NCBI GenBank assembly: GCA_024278445.1
Contig: JAJRTC010000202.1
Coordinates: 1-43,126 of the forward strand
DNA from: Nitrospirota bacterium
GTDB taxonomy: Bacteria > Nitrospinota_A > UBA7883 > JAJRTC01
DNA length: 43,126 nucleotides
Reading direction: 5' to 3'
Shown here one piece after another: positions 1 through 7,261 of this stretch (position 1 is the first letter of the stretch; each line of letters opens with the position of its first letter). The notes beneath the pieces are model-generated. The model was not told the origin of the DNA. It saw nothing but the letters and a program-made list of their open reading frames with translations, and ran no database searches. A program made the translations under genes and the position numbers.

Positions 1-1268
1 CGGGAGGGGTAGACATACACACCCATGTGGCGGGCGCAGGCTCGCAGGAACAATTGGCGCAAGCGGAACTGACAGGCATGCTATATGGACAAATGGGGTA
101 CAGCACGCTTTTAGACCCCGCTCTCTACCCTGCCCAATCCTCCCCGGCACATAAGCTCGCGCAAAAGATACCGCAAACGGACAAAGGTTTTTTGGCTATC
201 CTCTCGCCACAAGCAGAAGCGTTAAGGCTGATAGAAAAAAAAGATTGGAGCGCATTAAAAAATTTCATCTCACGCATTGTGACAGGCTCTATGGCGCATT
301 CTTTAAAACTTGTAAATCCGGGTGGCGAAGTTAGCCCGTATTCAGGAATAGACAAACGGCTTGACCGATTCAGCGTGACACCGCGCAGTATGATAACCGC
401 CGTTGCAGACGTAGTAACGTCATTATCTCTGCCGCATCCGCTTCACCTCCACTTAAATGACACAGGCACCACGGCAGGATATAAAACGGCCATTGCCACC
501 ATAGGGCTGTTAGAAGGACGTGAAGTTCATATCCCCCACATGCAGTTTTCCACTTACGGCGAAAAAGATAAAAAAGTAATATCGATGGCCCCCAAAGTAG
601 CAGACGAAATCAACGCCAACAAAAACGTTTCGATAGATATCGGGCAGGTGATTTTTGGTTCTACCGTAACCATAACGGCGGATAACGAACTGGCGCAAAG
701 GTTGCGGCATGTCACGGGCAATAGCGGGCATAATATCGAGGCGGGCCACGGTTGCGCTTTCTACATGACGCAATATGAATACAGCAGTGCATCGGTCATG
801 AATAGCATGCAGTGGACGGCGGGGCTTGAGCTTGCACTTTTAGTTAACGACCCGTGGCAGGTTTTTATTTCAACAGACCATCCTAACGGCGGACTGTTTA
901 CAGCTTATCCATATATTATCAACTTGCTTATGAACAAGGATTTTCGTGACGAAGAGTTTTCCAGAATCCACCCCAAGGCGCAAAACAACTCGCCGTTAAA
1001 AAATATAAGCCGGGAGTATTCGCTATACGAAATCGCCATAGCAACCAGATGCGGCCCCGCACGCAGGCTGGGGCTTGCCAACAAGGGAACCTTGAAAACC
1101 TGTGCGGATGCTGATATCGCCATATATAAAAAGGGTGACGACTTTGACGGCATGTTCAGAAACCCAGCATGGGTAATAAAAGGAGGCGAGATAATAGTGA
1201 AGGACGGCAAAACCGTAAAAAGGGTTGAGGGAAAAATGTTTCAGTTAGCGAATCAAGAACGGGATTAG
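1..1268 (+). CDS. Amidohydrolase of the formylmethanofuran dehydrogenase subunit A (FwdA/FhcA) type; 5' end lies outside the window
   Basis: The frame of ORF 27..1268 stays open back to nt 3 and reads GGVDIHTHVAG, the HxH metal site of the amidohydrolase fold. HLHLND, STDHPNGG and the C-terminal KGGEIIVKDGK resemble FwdA/FhcA-like proteins. Confidence 0.6.
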   Translation, partial: GGVDIHTHVAGAGSQEQLAQAELTGMLYGQMGYSTLLDPALYPAQSSPAHKLAQKIPQTDKGFLAILSPQAEALRLIEKKDWSALKNFISRIVTGSMAHSLKLVNPGGEVSPYSGIDKRLDRFSVTPRSMITAVADVVTSLSLPHPLHLHLNDTGTTAGYKTAIATIGLLEGREVHIPHMQFSTYGEKDKKVISMAPKVADEINANKNVSIDIGQVIFGSTVTITADNELAQRLRHVTGNSGHNIEAGHGCAFYMTQYEYSSASVMNSMQWTAGLELALLVNDPWQVFISTDHPNGGLFTAYPYIINLLMNKDFRDEEFSRIHPKAQNNSPLKNISREYSLYEIAIATRCGPARRLGLANKGTLKTCADADIAIYKKGDDFDGMFRNPAWVIKGGEIIVKDGKTVKRVEGKMFQLANQERD

Positions 1269-1322
1269 CCTAAAAAACCAAAATTCCACAACAATTGCCG
1301 CTATAATATTTGTCGTTCAATC

Positions 1323-2708
1323 ATGCAAAATAAACAGATGACCAAACGCAATAAAATTTCTTTTGAAACATTGGGGTGCAGATACAACAGGCTTGAGAGC
1401 GCCGAGATGGCCTATGAGCTTGAACGGGCGGGTTATGCCAAGGCCAAAGAGGGGGAGACCTCCGACGTGGTCGTGATAAACAGCTGTACCGTGACAGACA
1501 GGAGCGACGCTAAATGCCGCTCCACCATACGCCGTGTAAAAGCGAAAAACCCTGATGCCGTTGTGGTTGTGACGGGATGTTACTCGGAAACTAACCCGGA
1601 CGAGGTAGCGAAAGAGCCGGGCGTAGATATCGTGGTTGGTAATTCTGGCAAGTTTGAGATAGGCGAGCTGTTATCAAAACTTGAAGCTGATACAAGTTCC
1701 ACAGCCAGCGTTACAAATGATGATAAAAGATTTAACGTGCGCCCTGTAACGGGCATGGATGGGCGAACTAATGCATACAGAATAGCAAATGATGATAAAA
1801 AATTTAACGTACGTCCTGTAACAGGTATGGATGGGCGAACTAATGCTTATATAAAAGTGCAGGCTGGGTGCGATGAAGTATGCTCATTTTGTATTGTCCG
1901 TATAGCGCGGGGCAGGAGCAGTAGCGCCAGGGGTAGCGATGTTGTGGAGCAGGTAAAAAGGCTTCATGAGTCCGGGATAAAAGAAGTCGTATTATCCGGC
2001 ATAAACTTGGGCGAATATGGTTACGCTAAAAACGAGAATATCGCATGGCTACTGAGTAAACTTGTTGATGAAACGGAAATTGCCCGCATAAGGCTGTCTA
2101 GCATAAACCCGAACAACGTAACGGATGAACTTATTAATTTGATGGCCGGTTCGTCACGCATATGCAGGCACCTGCACATTCCGTTGCAAAGCGGCTCCGA
2201 TTCCGTTTTAAAAAGGATGCGAAGACCGTATACCGCAAAAGAATATGAAAACCTGCTAAACAGGCTGGCTGATAAAATTCCGGCTATCGGGTTGGGTGCC
2301 GACGTAATGGTAGGTTTCCCCGGCGAAACTGAGAAAGAGTTTAACGAAACTTTTGACGTTATAAAAAATGTTCCGCTAATGGCACTTCATGTTTTTGCCT
2401 ATTCGCTCCGCGAGGGTACAGAAGCTTTTGCCATGAATGGCCCTATCCCCAAAACCGTAAAAAAAGAGCGTTCGGCCAAGTTAAAAAATCTCGCCCAACA
2501 AAAGGGGCAGGAATTTCGCGAGCGTTTTATTGGCACAACCTTGCCCGTTTTAATTGAGAACACCCGCGATAACGCAGGGAACCTTAAAGGCTTCTCGGAT
2601 AACTATCTGCAAGTGGTGTTAGACGGCCCCGACAGCCTCATAAATAAAATCGTTCCGGTTAAAATCACCGTTTCAGAAAAAGAACACCTCATAGGCTCGT
2701 CCCGATAA
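1323..2708 (+). CDS. mtaB: Radical SAM methylthiotransferase, MtaB-like (tRNA t6A37 methylthiotransferase)
   Basis: N-terminal ISFETLGCRYNRLESAEM (MTTase UPF0004 domain), radical SAM motif CDEVCSFC, and a C-terminal TRAM-like end. It carries an internal 24-aa tandem duplication. Confidence 0.8.
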   Translation: MQNKQMTKRNKISFETLGCRYNRLESAEMAYELERAGYAKAKEGETSDVVVINSCTVTDRSDAKCRSTIRRVKAKNPDAVVVVTGCYSETNPDEVAKEPGVDIVVGNSGKFEIGELLSKLEADTSSTASVTNDDKRFNVRPVTGMDGRTNAYRIANDDKKFNVRPVTGMDGRTNAYIKVQAGCDEVCSFCIVRIARGRSSSARGSDVVEQVKRLHESGIKEVVLSGINLGEYGYAKNENIAWLLSKLVDETEIARIRLSSINPNNVTDELINLMAGSSRICRHLHIPLQSGSDSVLKRMRRPYTAKEYENLLNRLADKIPAIGLGADVMVGFPGETEKEFNETFDVIKNVPLMALHVFAYSLREGTEAFAMNGPIPKTVKKERSAKLKNLAQQKGQEFRERFIGTTLPVLIENTRDNAGNLKGFSDNYLQVVLDGPDSLINKIVPVKITVSEKEHLIGSSR

Positions 2709-2715
2709 CAAAAAA

Positions 2716-3516
2716 ATGAGTGTCGTTACATTAACCACAGATTTTGGAGACGCAGACGCCTTCGTCGGCATGATGAAGGGTGTTATGTTAAGCATAGATC
2801 CATCCGTAAGGTTTGTTGATATCTCGCACAAGGTCGCACCACAAAACATACGAGAGGCGGCATACCTCATCGCTACCGCGTTTGAATATTTCCCTGACGA
2901 TTCTGTTCATCTCTGCATCGTAGACCCTGGGGTGGGGTCTAACCGGCGGGCTTTAGCCTTCAAGGCGGGCGGACATTATTTCGTTGGCCCCGACAACGGT
3001 ATTTTTACGAATATTCTGCGCAGGTATACTTCTGTTAAAGCCTATGAGCTTGCCAACAGGGAAAAGATGGTGCTCTCAGTTTCGAATACGTTTCATGGCC
3101 GAGACGTTTTTGCACCCGCATCGGCATGGATAGCAAAAGGCGAGCCATTGCACGCTTTCGGCCCCGTTATTGAAAAACCTGTTTTACTATCATTGCCAGA
3201 GCAGTTGCGTTCCGCCCCCAACCTTATAGAAGGTGAGGTCGTTCATATAGATAACTTCGGAAATGCTATAACGAACATCACACAAAACCTTGTGGAACAC
3301 GTGCGGTTAGACTTTAAAGCCGAAAGAATGGAGATAGCGATAAAATCACATTTATTGACAGAAATTATGCAAAGCTACAGTTTTGCCGATGATAAAAAAA
3401 CCTTGTCGGCACTATTCAGCAGTTTCGGCACTCTTGAGTTTTTCGTAAAAAACGGATCGGCAAACTCCATGTTTGAACTATCGCCCGGCGACCATGTTGA
3501 AATCCGTTTTTTTTAG
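2716..3516 (+). CDS. SAM hydrolase / SAM-dependent halogenase family protein (DUF62, S-adenosyl-L-methionine hydroxide adenosyltransferase-like)
   Basis: The motifs TLTTDFGDADAFVGMMKGV, CIVDPGVGSNRR and VGPDNGIFT are typical of the DUF62 family. Confidence 0.8.
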   Translation: MSVVTLTTDFGDADAFVGMMKGVMLSIDPSVRFVDISHKVAPQNIREAAYLIATAFEYFPDDSVHLCIVDPGVGSNRRALAFKAGGHYFVGPDNGIFTNILRRYTSVKAYELANREKMVLSVSNTFHGRDVFAPASAWIAKGEPLHAFGPVIEKPVLLSLPEQLRSAPNLIEGEVVHIDNFGNAITNITQNLVEHVRLDFKAERMEIAIKSHLLTEIMQSYSFADDKKTLSALFSSFGTLEFFVKNGSANSMFELSPGDHVEIRFF

Positions 3517-4696
3517 GCTTTCACTCATCACCGTTTTTTCGCTCACCTCCGGGTGCCAAACTTTACGTGACCTGCAACTACAGACACCGGCACTTGAAAC
3601 GGTTTATGATTTTGATATGGGCCTGCCTGACGATATGGACTTTGCGTCGCTTGAAACGGCGGCAAACGAATCTATCAAGTACTACGAAAAATTAAAACCG
3701 TCCAGGATATTTCGTGTTGGCGGTAGAAAAGTTTCTGTAAAAGCTCTTTTAGCGTCGGTCAAAAGAATAGTGACCATCTTCAAGCAAACGAAGGATGCGA
3801 AAGAACGGGAGCGCATCATACTGCGAGAGTTTAATATCTACAGGGGAACAGGGCATTACAGGCTGGGAAATGTTCTTGTAACCGGATATTACCAACCTGT
3901 GTTAAACGGCTCGCTAACAAAAAATAAAACGTTTAAATGGCCCCTCTACGCCAAACCTCCCGACCTCGTAACCGCAAATCTTGGTGATTTTTATAAAAGC
4001 CTTAAAGGAAAAAGAATTACGGGACGCGTAAAAAATGGAAGACTCATCCCCTATCACGACAGGACGGCGATAGACAGAAAAGGCGTTTTGGCCGACAAAG
4101 GCCTTGAGATAGTTTGGGTAGACGACCCTGTAGACGTATTTTTTCTTCAGGTGCAAGGCTCGGGCGTCGTACGCCTGTCAGACGGGACAGAGTTTTATGC
4201 CAACTATTCTGCAGTAAACGGCAGGGCATACCGTTCCATCGGCTGGTTTTTGATAAAGAATGGTGCCATACCAAGAAAAGATATGTCGCTTACGGCTATC
4301 AGAAAGTGGCTTAACGAAAATCCTGACGAGCTTGAGCGTGTGCTCGACTATAACCCAAGTTACGTCTTTTTCAGGCGTATGAACGACGGGCCCTTCGGCT
4401 CAACGGGCGCAAAACTTGTTGCAGGCCGCTCCGCCGCGTTTGATCCGCGACGGTTCCCTAAAGGGGCTCTCGCCCATATAACTGTAGATACACCCGTTAT
4501 AGAAAATGGCGAGGTCATAAAATGGAAAAAGGTTGAAAGATTCGTTTTCAGTCACGATCGGGGCGGCGCAATTAAAGGGACTACCAGGATGGATCTATTC
4601 TTCGGGAAGGGAGACAACGCGGGCTTACGGGCCGGATTCATGAAAAACCCCGGCACACTGCTGTTTTTGGTGTTAAAAGATCGATTTGTTGGGTAG
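3494..4696 (+). CDS. mltA: Membrane-bound lytic murein transglycosylase A
   Basis: Lipoprotein signal (LTSGC) when started at ATG 3494. MltA-type motifs are present (YYQP, GSGVVRLSDG, GRSAAFDP, DRGGAIKG..RMDLFFG). Confidence 0.8.
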   Translation: MLKSVFFRLSLITVFSLTSGCQTLRDLQLQTPALETVYDFDMGLPDDMDFASLETAANESIKYYEKLKPSRIFRVGGRKVSVKALLASVKRIVTIFKQTKDAKERERIILREFNIYRGTGHYRLGNVLVTGYYQPVLNGSLTKNKTFKWPLYAKPPDLVTANLGDFYKSLKGKRITGRVKNGRLIPYHDRTAIDRKGVLADKGLEIVWVDDPVDVFFLQVQGSGVVRLSDGTEFYANYSAVNGRAYRSIGWFLIKNGAIPRKDMSLTAIRKWLNENPDELERVLDYNPSYVFFRRMNDGPFGSTGAKLVAGRSAAFDPRRFPKGALAHITVDTPVIENGEVIKWKKVERFVFSHDRGGAIKGTTRMDLFFGKGDNAGLRAGFMKNPGTLLFLVLKDRFVG

Positions 4697-4708
4697 TGGG
4701 TCAGTTTG
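4693..4708. repeat. Solo terminal motif GTAGTGGGTCAGTTTG of the dispersed inverted-repeat family
   Basis: The same 13-16-mer precedes GTCATTCTGAG arms at 18584, 24177 and 28723, and occurs inverted at 24318-24334. Here it overlaps the mltA stop codon and no arm follows it. Confidence 0.5.
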
Positions 4709-4755
4709 AATCCTAACTCCCTCGCATTGTATTTATCTCTATGCGATCATAACGT

Positions 4756-5002
4756 ATGGACAAGAAACCGAAAAGACCTAGAGAGACCCAAGCCAATTGG
4801 CTCATGCCGTTGTGAAAGCCGCTACAGAAGGCGAAGAAGAACCTATTAATGACGGTAAAACCCTGCCCCAGTTGAATTAGGCCGTCTTGGTGGTAAAAAG
4901 GGAGGAGTAGCCCGCGCCAAAAAACTCACCCCTGAACAACGTAAAGAAATAGCCCCAAAAGCCGCTAAAAAGCGGTGGGAACTTGATAATAATAACAAAT
5001 AA
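4756..5002 (+). pseudogene. Small lysine/arginine-rich protein gene (..GRLGGKKGGVARAKKLTPEQRKEIAPKAAKKRW), disrupted by two frameshifts
   Basis: Three consecutive frames read MDKKPKRPR / DPSQLAHAVVKAATEGEEEPINDGK / NPAPVELGRLGGKKGG...KRWELDNNNK*. The shifts lie near 4779-4785 and at the A4 run 4857-4860, where one more A would restore GKNP. Confidence 0.6.
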
Positions 5003-5145
5003 TTGCCCTTTTTATTCCTGCCGCCTCTCAACTCATTAAAAAAACAACAACATAGGCTAGTTAATCAAATCCTCCTTTTTCTTCCCTAAACTTTACAATA
5101 GTGCTAGCATATACGTGTAACTTAAATTCATATAAGGTTTTACCA

Positions 5146-5829
5146 ATGAAAAAGAAAAATGCCAACGAGGAGCTTTTTAACGTTCTTGGCTCCGATATCC
5201 CAATATCCTTTCTTCGCGATATTCCGCACATTCAGGTGCAGTCGTATAGCGAGGCCAATGAGTGTGTTAAAAATGACTATAGGTTTGCTGAACCTGAAGC
5301 AAAATACCTTTTGCCGCATATACGCCGAGCAAAGTTCGAACAGCTTTTCCGCCGACGCGCACTAGATTGTGGGCTTGTAGCAACAGTTGAGAGCACAAGA
5401 AAAAATGCGAATTACACTTTAGTTCGAGCTGGCAGATTTCTGCTTACCGCTTCGTTTGCTCATAATGAAAAGGAATTTGTGCGCCCTGCTCATTTTCGCT
5501 CACAACACGCTTACCTTAATTCGCTTCTAGGCCAGATGGACATGTTTAAGCCCAAAGGTGATGTCCCTCCCAATGATCTTTACGGCATCATTCGTCATGG
5601 AGTGTCCAAAACTAAAAGTGAATCTAAGAGGGACGAAGAGTCCAAAGATGAGAGCTATTTTTTAACAATAGCTATTCCATCCGAAGACAATAAAAGTTGG
5701 GTAGGGAATTATGACTTATTGGATATGATAAAAGTCAACGAAGAAAGAATTAACAGAATGGATTCTGCAGAAGAATTAGATATAGCAGTTCCAATGCCTA
5801 AACGTAAGGATATTCAAGGGGGGGAATAA
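5146..5829 (+). CDS. Hypothetical protein with no recognisable domain; candidate toxin/effector partner of the downstream HTH-peptidase
   Basis: Long ORF (the track gives 5101..5829; ATG 5146 MKKKNANEE is preferred). The stop TAA 5827-5829 abuts the next ATG. AT-rich codon usage. No TM segment or catalytic motif was seen. There is a charged KTKSESKRDEESKDES stretch. Confidence 0.6.
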   Translation: MKKKNANEELFNVLGSDIPISFLRDIPHIQVQSYSEANECVKNDYRFAEPEAKYLLPHIRRAKFEQLFRRRALDCGLVATVESTRKNANYTLVRAGRFLLTASFAHNEKEFVRPAHFRSQHAYLNSLLGQMDMFKPKGDVPPNDLYGIIRHGVSKTKSESKRDEESKDESYFLTIAIPSEDNKSWVGNYDLLDMIKVNEERINRMDSAEELDIAVPMPKRKDIQGGE

Positions 5830-7032
5830 ATGGGAGTTCCAAACACTGGTTTCTTTGGTGCACGGCTTGTTCAAGCAAGGGAGGTGAGGGGTTTATCTTG
5901 TTCTGACATAGCGCGTCAAATAGGGGTTACAAGAGCTTCTGTATCTAATTATGAGTTAGGTAAACAGTCCCCTCGACCCGATATGTTGGAAAAAATAGCT
6001 TCAATGCTAAATGTACCAATACCCTTTTTCATGCGTCCAGTTCCAGAGTTTAAGCAGAATACTGTTTTTTACAGGTCTAATACGACGGCAACAAAAGGTG
6101 CAAGAAAAAGAGCTGAAAAACGGTATGAATGGCTTCAGGAAGTAGTTGTCTATCTGCAAGAGTATTTTGATTTTCCAACTCTTAATCTTCCCACTCTTGA
6201 TATTCCAAAAGATTTTGAAGAAATTTCTATGGATATGGTTGAAGAAATAGCTCTGGAATGTAGAAAATTCTTTGGGATTGATCCGGGGCGAGTTCGCAAC
6301 ATGGTTTTACTCTTGGACAATAATGGCGTCCTTGTTCCTCAAGGTTATTTTGAAGCTGAGAAACTAGATGCATTTTCGGATACGCCTGCAGGGGGCCATC
6401 CTTTGGTTTTTCTTGGTTTGGACAAAGCTAGCGCCGTACGATCTAGATTTGACGCGGCACATGAATTGGCCCATCTGTTGCTCCATAAACATGTAAATCA
6501 AAGACATATAAACGGCAATAGAGCTTTTAAAATCATAGAAAATCAAGCGCACAGATTTGCTGGTGCCTTTCTCCTGCCGGAAAGTGATTTTTTAGAAGAA
6601 CTATGGTCTCCGAATTTAGATACATTCCGCGCGTTAAAATCGCGTTGGAAAATATCTATAGGAGCGCAAATAATGCGGTGCACTCATTTAGAAATCGTTC
6701 CAGAAGACCAATTAAAACGATTGTGGATAAACTATAATCGAAGAGGCTGGAGAAAAAACGAACCACTAGATGATAGGTTGGAAAGAGAGGAAAGTCGAGT
6801 GTTGCGGAGAAGCTTTGAATCTTTGATTGGGGGGAATATTAGGAGCAAAGAACAAATTCTTATGGATTTAAGGTTGCCGTCGGGGGATATTGAAGAGTTC
6901 TCAGGCCTTCCAATCGGTTTCTTTTCAGATAAAAAAGCTGAGATACTGCCTTTACCTAGAGTAAAGAACGCAAAAGAAAACGCTTCAAAATCAAGTGAGC
7001 GAGGGAGATTGATTAATTTCCCCAAAAGGTAA
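5830..7032 (+). CDS. XRE-family helix-turn-helix fused to an ImmA/IrrE (COG2856, peptidase M78) zinc metallopeptidase domain
   Basis: N-terminal HTH (LSCSDIARQIGVTRASVSNYELGKQSP), HELAH at 6460-6474 followed by ENQAHRFAGAFLLPE and KSRWKIS. A strong SD (AAGGGGGGG) lies upstream of ATG 5830. Confidence 0.85.
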   Translation: MGVPNTGFFGARLVQAREVRGLSCSDIARQIGVTRASVSNYELGKQSPRPDMLEKIASMLNVPIPFFMRPVPEFKQNTVFYRSNTTATKGARKRAEKRYEWLQEVVVYLQEYFDFPTLNLPTLDIPKDFEEISMDMVEEIALECRKFFGIDPGRVRNMVLLLDNNGVLVPQGYFEAEKLDAFSDTPAGGHPLVFLGLDKASAVRSRFDAAHELAHLLLHKHVNQRHINGNRAFKIIENQAHRFAGAFLLPESDFLEELWSPNLDTFRALKSRWKISIGAQIMRCTHLEIVPEDQLKRLWINYNRRGWRKNEPLDDRLEREESRVLRRSFESLIGGNIRSKEQILMDLRLPSGDIEEFSGLPIGFFSDKKAEILPLPRVKNAKENASKSSERGRLINFPKR

Positions 7033-7182
7033 TTTGTGCGGATTCATAAGTCTTTGAGGGTGACTCCTGCTATGGAAGCGGGCGTGACTGACAGGCTATG
7101 GAAGATAGAGGGAATATGCGAGTTAGTTCAAGAGGAAGCACCGAAGAAGCGAGGCCCCTACAAAAAGAAAAATTCAAACTGA
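7033..7182 (+). mobile_element. Remnant resembling the conserved C-terminal tail of a transposase-type protein (..VRIHKSLRVTPAMEAGVTDRLWKIE..)
   Basis: A 49-codon open frame starts directly after the stop of the previous gene with no ATG (only GTG 7036). From memory, the RIHxxLRxTPAMxAGVTDxxW tail is seen at the ends of some IS-encoded proteins. The catalytic part is absent. Confidence 0.4.
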
Positions 7183-7206
7183 GACACTACCCTTTGTTGG
7201 CGCCTA

Positions 7207-7234
7207 TTGACATTCGGGTGCCAGGTAATATAAT
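7207..7234 (+). promoter_or_regulatory. Sigma70-type promoter with consensus hexamers (TTGACA - 16 nt - TATAAT)
   Basis: TTGACA at 7207-7212 and TATAAT at 7229-7234. It lies 28 nt upstream of ATG 7262, with GAGGGG in between as SD. Confidence 0.6.
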
Positions 7235-7261
7235 CTCTGTTTTTTTATTACCGAGGGGCCA

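Noticed and set aside
1-1268. Does the FwdA-like gene imply methanogenesis or a methylotrophic C1 pathway?
   Set aside because: This is a single, truncated amidohydrolase-fold gene with no other fwd/fhc subunits in the window. This family also includes generic amidohydrolases in non-methylotrophs.
7186-7193. CACTACCC as a possible inverted right-hand partner of the GGGTAGTG motif at the left edge of the islet (4691-4698).
   Set aside because: It is only an 8-nt match, which is expected by chance in this much sequence. The rest of the terminal motif is not present.
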